Part shown: positions 1 to 9,905 of the stretch, piece after piece | How the letters are laid out: every line of letters starts with the position of its first letter | Position numbering within the stretch: the stretch's first letter is position 1 | NCBI GenBank assembly: GCA_040882925.1 | Contig: JBFLJZ010000350.1 | Span: 1-32,128, forward strand | Direction of reading: 5' to 3' | DNA length: 32,128 nucleotides | Origin: Desulfuromonadales bacterium | Lineage (GTDB): Bacteria > Desulfobacterota > Desulfuromonadia > Desulfuromonadales > BM103 | Program-made: the position numbers and the translations under genes | Notes under the pieces: model-generated | Database searches by the model: none | What the model was told of the DNA's origin: nothing | What the model saw: the letters and a program-made list of their open reading frames with translations, nothing else

Positions 1-2
1 AC

Positions 3-1490
3 TGCTGCGTCCACGGGGTCTATGCCCTTGCTGAAGACGGCTTTGAAACGATCATGGTCAACTGCAACCCGGAAACGGTGTCAACCGACTACGATACATC
101 TGATCGCCTGTATTTTGAGCCGTTGACCCTTGAAGATGTGTTGGAGATCGTCCGGGTCGAGCAGCCGACCGGAGTGATCGTCCAGTTTGGCGGCCAGACC
201 CCGCTAAAACTGGCCGTCGCCCTGGAGCGTGCCGGAGTGCCGATCATCGGCACTTCACCGGATGCGATCGATCGGGCCGAGGACCGTGAGAGGTTCCAGG
301 AGCTGCTCAACAAGCTGGGGCTGAAACAGCCGGCCAACGGTATTGCGCGTTCCTTTGCCGAAGCGGAAAAGATCGCCGAGCGGATCGGCTATCCGGCGGT
401 TGTCAGGCCCAGCTATGTGCTCGGCGGCCGGGCCATGGAAATCGTCTATGATCAGCAGCAGCTGAGCGATTATATGAAATTTGCCGTTCAGGCATCTCCG
501 GAGCATCCGATTTTGATCGACAAGTTTCTCGAACATGCCATCGAGGTTGACGTCGATGCCCTCGCAGACGGCCATACCGTAGTGATTGGCGGGATCATGC
601 AGCACATCGAAGAAGCCGGTATCCACTCCGGTGATTCGGCATGCTCGCTGCCACCGTATTCGTTGTCGAAGGACATCGTCAAGGAGATACGCCAGCAGAC
701 GATCGCCCTGGCCCTGGAGCTCGGCGTCTCCGGCTTGATGAACATCCAGTATGCGGTCAAGGATCATGATGTCTACCTGATCGAAGTCAATCCACGGGCC
801 AGCCGGACCTCACCGTTTGTTTCCAAGGCAACCGGGCGGCCCCTGGCCAAGATCGCCGCACGGGTCATGGCGGGCAAGACGCTGAAACAGCTTGGTATAA
901 CCGATGAGATCGTGCCTGAGCATATCTCGGTCAAGGAATCGGTCTTCCCCTTCATCAAGTTCCCCGGCGTCGATACGCTGCTCGGCCCGGAGATGAAGTC
1001 GACCGGCGAGGTGATGGGGATTGACAGGGAATTCGGCAAGGCGTTTGCCAAGGCCCAGCTCGGCGCCAACGTCAAGCTGCCGACATCAGGCAAGGTCTTT
1101 GTCAGCGTTCGTGATTCTGACAAGAAGGCGATTATCGAGCCGGTCAGAAAGCTGGTAGACGCCGGCTTCCTGATCGTTTCGACCAAGGGGACCGCCGCCT
1201 ACCTGCGGGCGCACGGCATTACCGCCCAACCGATCAACAAGGTCAAAGAAGGGCGCCCCCACAGTGTCGATATGATCAAAAGCAACGAAATCTCCCTGGT
1301 CTTCAATACGACGTTCGGTGCGCAATCGATCATCGACTCCTTTTCGATCCGGCGTACGGCGCTGGTGTACAACATCGCCTATTTCACAACCATCGCCGGT
1401 GTCGAGGCCGTCGTTGACGGGATTTTGGCCCTGCAACGCGAAACCCTTGACGTTACCCCCTTGCAGGAGTATTATTCGCAGAACGGGTAG
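3..1490 (+). CDS. carB: Carbamoyl-phosphate synthase large subunit, C-terminal portion (5' end lies upstream of the window)
   Basis: The frame is open from the window edge ([42 protein letters not shown]...), so the ORF-track Met at 54 is internal. It contains the second ATP-grasp half ([27 protein letters not shown]) and the C-terminal MGS-like allosteric domain ([12 protein letters not shown]...STKGTAAYL). Confidence 0.95.
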   Translation, partial: CCVHGVYALAEDGFETIMVNCNPETVSTDYDTSDRLYFEPLTLEDVLEIVRVEQPTGVIVQFGGQTPLKLAVALERAGVPIIGTSPDAIDRAEDRERFQELLNKLGLKQPANGIARSFAEAEKIAERIGYPAVVRPSYVLGGRAMEIVYDQQQLSDYMKFAVQASPEHPILIDKFLEHAIEVDVDALADGHTVVIGGIMQHIEEAGIHSGDSACSLPPYSLSKDIVKEIRQQTIALALELGVSGLMNIQYAVKDHDVYLIEVNPRASRTSPFVSKATGRPLAKIAARVMAGKTLKQLGITDEIVPEHISVKESVFPFIKFPGVDTLLGPEMKSTGEVMGIDREFGKAFAKAQLGANVKLPTSGKVFVSVRDSDKKAIIEPVRKLVDAGFLIVSTKGTAAYLRAHGITAQPINKVKEGRPHSVDMIKSNEISLVFNTTFGAQSIIDSFSIRRTALVYNIAYFTTIAGVEAVVDGILALQRETLDVTPLQEYYSQNG

Positions 1491-1530
1491 GCAACTGCCC
1501 GTTATTGATTTGACTTTAACAACACAAATG

Positions 1531-1564
1531 TTCGGGCGGGATTTCCCGCCCGAACAATTTTATT
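1531..1564 (+). terminator. Rho-independent terminator after carB
   Basis: Perfect 10-bp GC-rich inverted repeat TTCGGGCGGG (1531-1540) / CCCGCCCGAA (1545-1554) with a 4-nt loop ATTT. It is followed by CAATTTTATT and lies about 40 nt after the carB stop. Confidence 0.75.
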
Positions 1565-1595
1565 GGTAGCAGACCAAAAACAAGGAAGAAGAGTT

Positions 1596-2072
1596 ATGTC
1601 GCAAACCGTGCCAATGACCCCTGAGGGGTACCAGAGGCTCCAGGAGGAATTAAAGCATCTGATCCGCGTCGAGCGTCCGCGCGTTGTCCAGGATATTGCC
1701 GAGGCCCGCGATCACGGCGACCTGTCGGAAAATGCTGAATACGATGCAGCCAAGGAGCGCCAGGGCTTTGTTGAAGGTCGCATTGCCGAGATCAACAGCA
1801 AGATGGCCCGCGCCCAGGTTATCGATGTTGCCACGATAGACACGGATAAAGTGGTGTTCGGCGCGACCGTGACCGTTTACGATGACGAATCGGAGAGTGA
1901 GTCGACCTACCGTATTGTCGGTGAAGATGAGTCCGATATCAAACAGGGACTTATTTCTGTCAGCAGCCCGGTTGCCAAGGCGCTGATCGGTCATCGCGTT
2001 GACGATGAAGTACAGATCAAGGTCCCGTCGGGCATACGCATATACGAAATTATTGATATCAAGTACGTTTAG
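1596..2072 (+). CDS. greA: Transcription elongation factor GreA
   Basis: [22 protein letters not shown]...[30 protein letters not shown] is the classic GreA coiled-coil N-terminus, with a C-terminal globular domain ([16 protein letters not shown]). The ATG at 1596 is preceded by AAGGAAGAAGAG. The ORF-track TTG at 1563 would add 11 atypical residues. Confidence 0.93.
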   Translation: MSQTVPMTPEGYQRLQEELKHLIRVERPRVVQDIAEARDHGDLSENAEYDAAKERQGFVEGRIAEINSKMARAQVIDVATIDTDKVVFGATVTVYDDESESESTYRIVGEDESDIKQGLISVSSPVAKALIGHRVDDEVQIKVPSGIRIYEIIDIKYV

Positions 2073-2087
2073 TCAGGAGACGATAAA

Positions 2088-2285
2088 ATGGCAACAATTA
2101 CCAGGGATATGACATTTCATGAAGTGATGGGCAAAAGCCCGGACGTTGTCAAAGTCCTGGCTTCCTTCAACCTTGGCTGCATCGGTTGCATGGGCGCCCA
2201 GCATGAAACTCTTGCACAGGGTGCCATCGCCCACGGCCTGGATGTTGAAGAGCTCCTCACTGCGCTGAACGCGATCTTCGACTGA
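2088..2285 (+). CDS. DUF1858 / hybrid-cluster-protein-associated redox disulfide domain protein (65 aa)
   Basis: Small ORF with CxxC (LGCIGCMG) and a layout typical of DUF1858 (TRDMTFHEVMGKSPDVVKVL...ETLAQGAIAHGLDVEELL). GGAGA lies upstream of the ATG. Confidence 0.7.
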   Translation: MATITRDMTFHEVMGKSPDVVKVLASFNLGCIGCMGAQHETLAQGAIAHGLDVEELLTALNAIFD

Positions 2286-2334
2286 AACCATCAGGCCCTC
2301 TCATCATCTTCATCACCTCAGCGGGGAAGGGGCG

Positions 2335-4476
2335 ATGTCCAAGGCGACGAAAGACCGTTTCCGTCAACACCTCTCAACCCCTGTTGTGCAGCTTAAAGGG
2401 GTCGGGCCCCGTGTCGCCGAAAAACTCGCCAAACTGGACATCCATACCGTAGAGGACATGCTCTACACACTGCCGAACAGATACGAAGATCGACGTGAAT
2501 TCAGGAAGATCGCTCATTTGCGCGATGGTGTTCTTGAGGTTTTTTGCGGTGAGGTTCTGGCCTGCGGCGAATCGACCACGTCACGGCGGCGGCGACGATT
2601 GTTCGAAGTTGTCGTTAGCGACGGCTCCGGACATGTCGCCCTCAAATGGTTCCATTATCGCAAGGACTGGATGACGAAACGCTTCACGGTCGGCCGCCGG
2701 GCGGTCTTCACTGGTGAGGTCAAGCGTTACGGCGCCCTGCGTGAAATTCACCATCCGGACGTTGAATTCCTTGCTCCCGACCAGTCGCTGGCGGATTACC
2801 AGAGTTCAGATCCGCTGGCCTTCGGTCGTATCCTGCCGGTTTACCCGCTGACCGAAGGTTTGAGCCAGTATGCCGCGCGCAAGATCTGGAAGCAGGCCGT
2901 CGACCAGTTCGCACAATTCGTTCCGTCGCATGTGCCAGCTGGCTTCGTCGAGCAACGTGACCTGCTGCCGCTTGCCGAGGCGCTCCGGGAGGTTCACTGG
3001 CCTGCCAATGAAGCCAATATCGACCTGCTCGAGAAGAAGCAGACCGCCGGCATGCGCTCGCTGGTTTACGATGAATTCTTCTTCCTCGAGCTCGGGCTGG
3101 CGTTGAAGCGTCAGGGGGTTGTCCTTGAACCCGGAATACAATTCGACGTGACGCACAAATACACCAGGCCATTGGCCGCATCCCTGCCGTTTCGCCTGAC
3201 CAACGCCCAGAGGCGGGTCCTCGGTGAGATCAAACAGGACCTGATGTCGGCGCATCCGATGAATCGCCTGATCCAAGGCGACGTCGGCTGCGGCACAACC
3301 ATCGTCGCCCTGATGACCGCGCTGGTCGCGATTGAAAACGAGACTCAGGTCGCGGTGGCCGCGCCCACCGAGATCCTCGCCGAGCAGCATTACCTGCAAT
3401 TCCACCGTTGGCTCAAACAGCTTGGTCTCAAGGCGGCTCTGCTGCGCGGCAAGATGCCCGCTGCGGACAAACGCCGCATACTCGAAGGCCTCAAGCAGGG
3501 AGACATCAACCTTGTCGTCGGCACCCATGCGGTTTTGCAGGAAGGTGTCGAATTTAAAAAACTCGGTCTGGGCATCATCGACGAGCAACATCGATTCGGT
3601 GTGCGGCAGAGGGCTGTCTTGCGGCAGAAGGGCAACAACCCGCATATCCTGGTGATGACAGCGACGCCGATCCCGCGGACCCTGTCACTCACCTTGTACG
3701 GCGACCTGGCATTGTCGGTCATCGATGAGATGCCGCCGGGCAGGATGCCGGTCGAGACCAGGATCGTATCCGATGCGCAAAGAGGCAAAGTCTACCAGCG
3801 CCTTCGCCGGGAGATCGAAAAAGGCCACCAGGTCTACGTCGTTTATCCGCTGGTTGAAGAGTCGGAAAAAAGCGACCTGCTCGCGGCAACCGAAGGGGCT
3901 GAACAGCTCAAGAACGAGATCTTCCCTGAATCCGGGGTCGGCCTGCTGCATGGCAGGATGAACCCGGCAGAGAAAGAAGGGATCATGACCCGTTTCAAGG
4001 AGCGGACAATTGATATCCTGGTTTCGACGACGGTTATCGAGGTCGGCATTGATGTACCGAATGCGACCGTCATGCTGGTCGAGCACGCTGAACGTTTCGG
4101 CCTGGCCCAGCTGCACCAGCTGCGCGGCAGGGTCGGCAGGGGGAGTGTGCAAAGTCTTTGTATTCTGATGAAATCATATAAATGCAGTGAAGACGGTGAG
4201 AAACGACTTGAAGTTATGAGGGCCACCAGCGACGGTTTCCGTATCGCCGAGGCGGATCTGGAAATCCGCGGTCCGGGTGAGTTTCTCGGCACCCGCCAGA
4301 GCGGCCCGCCGGATTTCCGGGTCGCCAACATCCTGCGTGACGGGCGCACGCTGGAAGAGGCCCGGCAGGATGCTTTCGCTTATGCCGAAAGCGATGAATT
4401 CAGAAAGTCAGAGGCGATGCGGCAGGTTCTCATGGAACGCTGGGGCAACCGGTTGGAACTCGCCAGTATCGGGTGA
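2335..4476 (+). CDS. recG: ATP-dependent DNA helicase RecG
   Basis: 713 aa with an N-terminal wedge region and helicase motifs IIDEQHRFGV, MTATPIPRTL, QLHQLRGRVGRG and the C-terminal GPGEFLGTRQSG motif. Motif I is atypical (GDVGCGTT; see findings). Confidence 0.93.
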   Translation: MSKATKDRFRQHLSTPVVQLKGVGPRVAEKLAKLDIHTVEDMLYTLPNRYEDRREFRKIAHLRDGVLEVFCGEVLACGESTTSRRRRRLFEVVVSDGSGHVALKWFHYRKDWMTKRFTVGRRAVFTGEVKRYGALREIHHPDVEFLAPDQSLADYQSSDPLAFGRILPVYPLTEGLSQYAARKIWKQAVDQFAQFVPSHVPAGFVEQRDLLPLAEALREVHWPANEANIDLLEKKQTAGMRSLVYDEFFFLELGLALKRQGVVLEPGIQFDVTHKYTRPLAASLPFRLTNAQRRVLGEIKQDLMSAHPMNRLIQGDVGCGTTIVALMTALVAIENETQVAVAAPTEILAEQHYLQFHRWLKQLGLKAALLRGKMPAADKRRILEGLKQGDINLVVGTHAVLQEGVEFKKLGLGIIDEQHRFGVRQRAVLRQKGNNPHILVMTATPIPRTLSLTLYGDLALSVIDEMPPGRMPVETRIVSDAQRGKVYQRLRREIEKGHQVYVVYPLVEESEKSDLLAATEGAEQLKNEIFPESGVGLLHGRMNPAEKEGIMTRFKERTIDILVSTTVIEVGIDVPNATVMLVEHAERFGLAQLHQLRGRVGRGSVQSLCILMKSYKCSEDGEKRLEVMRATSDGFRIAEADLEIRGPGEFLGTRQSGPPDFRVANILRDGRTLEEARQDAFAYAESDEFRKSEAMRQVLMERWGNRLELASIG

Positions 4477-4512
4477 TCCGAGAAGACGATTTGCTTGGCA
4501 TGACGCATATCT

Positions 4513-5283
4513 TTATTTCAGCTTTTCCCTTGCTTTTTGCTGCTCCTCGGCTTCTTCCGGGAAGGTCACCGGCAGGAGCAGGGCTTTCTGCAGTTGAATC
4601 TGTGTGTCATCGTTACGTTTCAAACGATCATAAACTTTTGCCAGGTTGTAACGGTGGGAAATCCTGTCCCGCAGCGCGATGGCATGCAGCAGCAGTTTCT
4701 CGGCTTCGGCAAGAGACGCTTCCGGGATTCCGCCATAAATGATCCTGGCAAACGTCCTGGCGACGATGCCCAAGCCGGAAAGCTTGTAATGCCAACGGCT
4801 CAACACGAGGTAAGAGATATCATCTTCGGGATCGAGCTCAATGGCTTTGTCGATGTTCTCCTTGATCTCCCGCGACTGTCGGACCCGTGTTTGCATATCC
4901 AAATATTTCATTTGAGCGCCCAGGGCGATCGCCAACCATTTGTAGCCGTCGCTGCAGTCGGGGGCACGCTTTATGGCGGCATGGGCATAGTCCTCTGATT
5001 TTTTGAACAGTTGCTCTGTTTTTTCTTCGTCCAGACGCCCCATCTCGTAATAGACGCGTGCCAGTCGCCAGATCCTCTCGAAAGAATTAGGGCCATCGGC
5101 AACGGCAGGAGCCTCCAGCAACTGCAAGGCCGGCTGGTTCTGACCGTTGTTCAACATATCGTCGATCTGCTGTAGCTTTGCGTTTTCAGCGATGTTCTCG
5201 CCGCAGGATTCAGCGTTTGCCATTGTCAGGGGGCAAAACATCAAAAAGAGAACAATGGCAAATGACAGGTAAATGGTTTTCAT
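4513..5283 (-). CDS. Secreted TPR-like protein resembling the RMD1/FAM82 (regulator of microtubule dynamics / PTPIP51 TPR) family
   Basis: Signal peptide MKTIYLSFAIVLFLMFCPLTMANA-ES. The body recalls RMD-family TPR proteins (WRLARVYYEMG, GYKWLAIALG, IKENIDKAIELDPEDDISYLVLSRWHYKLS, IYGGIPEASLAEAEK). It lies 25 nt downstream of the ABC exporter on the same strand. Confidence 0.55.
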   Translation of the reverse strand: MKTIYLSFAIVLFLMFCPLTMANAESCGENIAENAKLQQIDDMLNNGQNQPALQLLEAPAVADGPNSFERIWRLARVYYEMGRLDEEKTEQLFKKSEDYAHAAIKRAPDCSDGYKWLAIALGAQMKYLDMQTRVRQSREIKENIDKAIELDPEDDISYLVLSRWHYKLSGLGIVARTFARIIYGGIPEASLAEAEKLLLHAIALRDRISHRYNLAKVYDRLKRNDDTQIQLQKALLLPVTFPEEAEEQQKAREKLK

Positions 5284-5308
5284 ATCGACAGTCTGTGATC
5301 TGAATATC

Positions 5309-7060
5309 TCAGGCGATTTGGTTGTCCTGGCTTTCTATTTCTTGCCCAGAGCTGGAGGGTACCAGCGTAACCCTCCCTGCTGCTATCTGGTAGACGCGGT
5401 CGGCGACTTCCACCAGAGCGGACTGATGGCTGATCGCGAGAATCGTCAACTCCCCGCGCAGTTCCTTCAAGGTCTGACAGATGGCAGCTTCGGTTTCCGG
5501 GTCTAGTGCACTGGTCGCTTCGTCGAGGATCAACAGCCGCGGCCGGTGGACCAGGGCCCTGGCGATGGCGATGCGCTGCCGCTGACCACCAGACAGCTTG
5601 GCGCCGCGTTCGCCAACGACGGTCTGCACCCCTTCAGACATTGCGCTGACAAAGTCCCAGGCGCCAGCCGCCTGCAAAGCATGCTTGACGTCAGCATCGC
5701 TAAACGATGATTCGCCAAGTCTTACATTGGCCAGAATAGTGTCATGCAGCAGGATGGTATCCTGGGGAACGTAGCCGATCATGCTACGCCATGTGCGCAG
5801 GTCGAGATCGGGGAGAGGAATCCCATCGATCAGGACCTGGCCTCTGTTAGGCTCGAAAAGGCCTGTGACCAGGTCAACCAGGGTTGTTTTGCCGGCTCCG
5901 GAGGGGCCGACGAACGAGGTAAAAGTGTGGCTTGGGATTTCCACGGTGACGTCCTGCAAAACCGGTTGCTCGCCATAGCCGAAGTCGACATGCTCGAGCT
6001 TGATACCGCTGTCGAGAGTCGCTTCTTTGTTTCCTCCGGCCGGTTCGTTGTGTTGCCGGGCCTTGTTGATCTTGTCCTGCAGCGACCAGTAGGCGCTTTC
6101 ACAGACGACCATCTCCTGGTACTTGCGCTGGACCTTGCCGATCTGGGTCAACATGCGGGCCATGATGAAGATCAGGACCATGACCTTGGGCAGGTCCATG
6201 TTAAGGTTAACCAGCATCAGGTAAAGTCCGATGATTACCAGAAGGGTTAAAAGCGGCTCCTGGATGCCGCGTAATGCCGCCTTGCTGAAGACCTGCTTGC
6301 GCAGGGCCTTGTTGAGTTTCAAGGTGTCTGTCGAGAGCAGCTCATCAGCCAGGTTCTCCCTGCCCATGCTCTTGAACGCCTTCAGTGATTGCAGGCTGTC
6401 GGAAAGCCTGGCCAACAGGGATTGCAGGAGCCGGGTCTGTTTTCTGCCGGCCTTTTTTGCTTTGTTGACCATGCGACGCAAAAGAATCAGCACCAGCGAT
6501 GCTGCGGTCATGAAGATCAGGGTTGTTTTCCAGGAAACGAACAGCGCGACGATGAAATATGCGACTGCTTGAATAGCGAAGGCCAATCCGGTCGATGCAT
6601 GTAAATAAGCTTTGGAAGCACGCATGACCTCGGTTCCGGCGGCGTTTGCCATGCTGCCGACCTGTTGATTGAGAAAATACCCCCAACGGGTCGACAGCAG
6701 GGCGCGCAGGAGGGTCAGGCGGAGATCGGTGGCGACATTGGCGATGGTGTAGCCAACCGTGCGGTCGGCCACCAGAATCAGACCACTCCTGAAGAATACT
6801 CCGGCCATGATGACCATGAGGAGCGAGCCGACAGTCGCTTCAATGCCAACAAATGACAATGCCGTGGTGACCAGGTTGCCGACACCGGTATCGGCGACCT
6901 GTTCGGTGACCGTGTCGCTAGGAAGGTCGATGGCTTTCTGCAGCAGGGGCAACAGGGCGGTCAAGCCGACCCCTTCAACGATACCCGCCATAACCAGCGC
7001 GCAGAGCATCCCCAGGCTTTGTTTCGGGTAGGAGCGGGCGAATTTGATGATCAGTTGCAT
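5309..7060 (-). CDS. ABC exporter, fused permease/ATPase (MsbA-like half transporter)
   Basis: Hydrophobic N-terminal transmembrane domain followed by an NBD with Walker A GPSGAGKTT, signature LSGGQRQR, Walker B LLILDEATS and H-loop region AISHQ. Confidence 0.88.
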   Translation of the reverse strand: MQLIIKFARSYPKQSLGMLCALVMAGIVEGVGLTALLPLLQKAIDLPSDTVTEQVADTGVGNLVTTALSFVGIEATVGSLLMVIMAGVFFRSGLILVADRTVGYTIANVATDLRLTLLRALLSTRWGYFLNQQVGSMANAAGTEVMRASKAYLHASTGLAFAIQAVAYFIVALFVSWKTTLIFMTAASLVLILLRRMVNKAKKAGRKQTRLLQSLLARLSDSLQSLKAFKSMGRENLADELLSTDTLKLNKALRKQVFSKAALRGIQEPLLTLLVIIGLYLMLVNLNMDLPKVMVLIFIMARMLTQIGKVQRKYQEMVVCESAYWSLQDKINKARQHNEPAGGNKEATLDSGIKLEHVDFGYGEQPVLQDVTVEIPSHTFTSFVGPSGAGKTTLVDLVTGLFEPNRGQVLIDGIPLPDLDLRTWRSMIGYVPQDTILLHDTILANVRLGESSFSDADVKHALQAAGAWDFVSAMSEGVQTVVGERGAKLSGGQRQRIAIARALVHRPRLLILDEATSALDPETEAAICQTLKELRGELTILAISHQSALVEVADRVYQIAAGRVTLVPSSSGQEIESQDNQIA

Positions 7061-7324
7061 GGCAAAAGAATCAACCTTCTATGGTCTGGATAAAGGATCG
7101 CTGCACTTGATACTGATCGAAGCGCGAACATTCTACGCACATTAACATTATTCACTGATTATTGTGAAGCACATCAGGGCGTTGCGCTCTCACCGTTCGA
7201 ATAAACATGAATCATTCGTCAGGGCGAGAATCTGTTTGAATTTATAGTCATTTTCGATTTAATCTGGTCATAGCGGTAACTTCTAAAAAGTTGCTATTCC
7301 AGTCCACCTAACAGGCTGCATATT

Positions 7325-8419
7325 TTGTTTGTTCCAGAGACCTCAGGACAAAAACAACATCCTTCCGACCCATTTGGTGTGTTCTGGGGCGGTCCGGACT
7401 ACCCGGCACGCTGCCTGCGCGACCTCCTCGAAGAACGTATTCATGCCGTGCCGCCTGGTGGTGAAATACTGTGGGTGACCTATTACTTTCGGGATGAAAG
7501 CCTTGCAAGGGCATTAATACAGGCTCGCTCACGAGGTGTCAAAGTGCGCGTTGTTGTAGAAGAGAATCCCCGGACCGATGAAGTCAACAGTCGAGTCCGT
7601 CAAATTCTTGCTGGCGACAAAGGTCTGGGGAATGGAGCCAGGTTTCTCAAGCATAACATTTCAAAAAGATGGCCCCTGAGTAAATTAAGTAAATGCCGAC
7701 TGCATGAAAAACTCTACTACTTCAGTCATCCAGCACCCAATGTTTTGGTAGGTACATTCAACCCTTCAGGTAACTCACCGGAAGATCCCGAAATTATTAA
7801 TCAGATTGGCGACCAGGACCGCGGACATAATGTTCTTGTTGAAATAAGAGACCCTGTCCTCGTAAAAGGGCTCCACGCACATGCACAGAACCTCTGTATG
7901 GCGTACCATGGTCCTTGGGAATATTTGTTGCCCCGGAATAACAGGGTGCTCATCTCGGGTAAAACCAGGATTATCTTTTTCCCGAGAGTGCTTTGGAAAG
8001 ACTTTAATGGTTTGTTCGACGACTTAACATCAGGATGCAGAGTGCGTATCGCCGTGTCCCACCTCAACGATAGCCGCATCTGCAAACTTTTGATCGTCCT
8101 AGCCAAGCGTGGGGTTCGGATAGAGATCATTGCCCACGATACATTGCGGCGGGTACCCTCGTGGGTCGAAAAACAGATGCTAAACCATGGGATCATCTTC
8201 TATCGTTACATACATCCAGAGGGTCTTCCAATGCACAACAAATTTATGCTATTTGAATCAACTAAACATCGCATCGTGACTTTCGGCAGCATGAACCTTT
8301 CAGTGAGGTCTTTGCATGCTAATCATGAACTGTTGGTTATTACCAAGGACAATATACTTTATCGTGAGATAGAAAAACGTTGGCAAACAATGTTGTTTGA
8401 AATAATGACCTCTGGTTGA
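7325..8419 (+). CDS. Phospholipase D superfamily protein with two HKD motifs (cytoplasmic; transphosphatidylase or nuclease type undetermined)
   Basis: The two HxK...GSxN-type motifs are CRLHEKLYYFSHPAPNVLVGTFNPSG and PMHNKFMLFESTKHRIVTFGSMNLS. No signal peptide or TM segment. The start is uncertain: TTG at 7325 or in-frame GTG at 7379. The gene is visibly AT-richer than its flanks. Confidence 0.75.
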   Translation: MFVPETSGQKQHPSDPFGVFWGGPDYPARCLRDLLEERIHAVPPGGEILWVTYYFRDESLARALIQARSRGVKVRVVVEENPRTDEVNSRVRQILAGDKGLGNGARFLKHNISKRWPLSKLSKCRLHEKLYYFSHPAPNVLVGTFNPSGNSPEDPEIINQIGDQDRGHNVLVEIRDPVLVKGLHAHAQNLCMAYHGPWEYLLPRNNRVLISGKTRIIFFPRVLWKDFNGLFDDLTSGCRVRIAVSHLNDSRICKLLIVLAKRGVRIEIIAHDTLRRVPSWVEKQMLNHGIIFYRYIHPEGLPMHNKFMLFESTKHRIVTFGSMNLSVRSLHANHELLVITKDNILYREIEKRWQTMLFEIMTSG

Positions 8420-8660
8420 AGTCTGCCTTTAAATTGCAGCCAAGATGATCCTCTGTTTTTGTCCGCCCGCATTTACTTAATAAATGAGCATATACAAGTT
8501 TTGCGGTTATGTCACAGGCAGTATAAAAAAGGTTATCAAATGAACTTATCGGCAAAAAATTCGCTGATGAAATGCTCGATTGGATCAGTTATTATCCCTT
8601 GAAAAATTTTTACGAACTTTAATTTGATTAATCGCATCAATAAAGGCCTGTATAAAGTCT

Positions 8661-9905
8661 ATGCCCCATAAAAATATCGAATTATGTCTTGCCTCCCCTG
8701 TTCTTTACCCAGCGCGTGGCGGTGCAGAAATCAGGTTCCTCAGGTACCTTCCAGGTCTCAATCAGCGGGGCATCAATGTGCGAATCTTCTCCGGGACGCC
8801 GAAAGCGAAAAAGATTACTGAACACGACAGGACGCAGGACTGGTACCGTATCCCTGCTGGCAGCCTCCTACCTGATATTTTCGAGTTGGATGTGCCAATT
8901 CACCGCGTCCGCCTGCCGGATCAGACTAGCTGGCGGCGCGTGGCCATCTTTAACCAAGCGCTACTTCGCCATTGCCTAAAGAGCGAGCGCAGGCCCGACA
9001 TCATTCAACTGATCGAACCGCTCTCACCACTTGCTGCGCCCTGGCTATGGCGACTGAAAAAACTCGATATCGTCAGGGCCTTTGCTTACACGCTTCCTTA
9101 TGAACTGCCGACCGGCGAAGTAAAAAGAGCCCTCCGTATAAGCGCATTGAAGATTCTCTACAGCCAGCTGGACCGTATGATCACCAGCAGTGTTGCCACC
9201 CGGGCTCATGCCTCAGGTCTTGGCCTCAGTCCCCGCACCGCAGTGATCCCGAATGGTGTCGATCTGCAACGATTTCAGCCGATTCCCGGAAGTGCTAAAA
9301 AAGCTCTACGTTCTACACTGGGTCTCGGCGAGATTGACCGGATGATGATAACCGTCGGATCGATTATTCCGCGTAAGGGAATCGACCTTTTGCTTGAGTC
9401 GTGGCAGACCCTGTCCAAACGTTTCCCGGATCTGCATTTTGTGCTGGTCGGCCCGAGGAATGACGAGAAGGATCCAAAACTGAGCCTTTTCAATAGAAAA
9501 CTAACAGAACTGGTCGATGCATCCGGGGCTGGCGACCGAGTGCATTTTACCGACCGCGTGCAGAATGTCGAAGCTTACCTGCAGGCCGCCGATCTGTTTG
9601 TTTTTGCCTCCGAGCGGGAAGGGATGGGGAATGTCGTCCTCGAAGCCATGGCTTCGGAATTACCCGTGGTCTTGACCCCATTTGTTGGCCTGCCACCGGA
9701 TTTCGGCGAACCTTCCGATCAATACCTTTTGTCCGACCGAAACACCACATCTATTGTTGAAAATGTTTCTGAACTTTTGCAGAATCATGGGCTTAGCCGC
9801 AAACTGGCAATAAGCGGGAGAAAATGGGTTGAGAATACAATGGATTTGGAACGTATCCTGGACCAGTATGCCGAACTTTATTATGCAATGTCAGGGCGTA
9901 AGTAA
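8661..9905 (+). CDS. Glycosyltransferase family 4 (GT-B, retaining)
   Basis: C-terminal GT1/GT4 signature FASEREGMGNVVLEAMASELPVVLTP, with GSIIPRKGIDLLLESW upstream. Length is 414 aa. Confidence 0.85.
   Translation: MPHKNIELCLASPVLYPARGGAEIRFLRYLPGLNQRGINVRIFSGTPKAKKITEHDRTQDWYRIPAGSLLPDIFELDVPIHRVRLPDQTSWRRVAIFNQALLRHCLKSERRPDIIQLIEPLSPLAAPWLWRLKKLDIVRAFAYTLPYELPTGEVKRALRISALKILYSQLDRMITSSVATRAHASGLGLSPRTAVIPNGVDLQRFQPIPGSAKKALRSTLGLGEIDRMMITVGSIIPRKGIDLLLESWQTLSKRFPDLHFVLVGPRNDEKDPKLSLFNRKLTELVDASGAGDRVHFTDRVQNVEAYLQAADLFVFASEREGMGNVVLEAMASELPVVLTPFVGLPPDFGEPSDQYLLSDRNTTSIVENVSELLQNHGLSRKLAISGRKWVENTMDLERILDQYAELYYAMSGRK

Noticed and set aside
255-767. Long antisense or alternative-frame ORFs in the track overlap strong genes. 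Examples are 255-767(-), 2806-3645(-), 3685-4152(-), 12944-13354(+), 13557-14096(+), 15837-16331(+), 19129-19797(+), 22913-23575(-) and 27777-28493(-).
   Set aside because: Each lies inside a gene whose product carries clear family motifs on the other strand or frame. Their translations are Arg/Pro/Gly-rich and low in complexity, as expected for shadow ORFs in GC-rich coding DNA.
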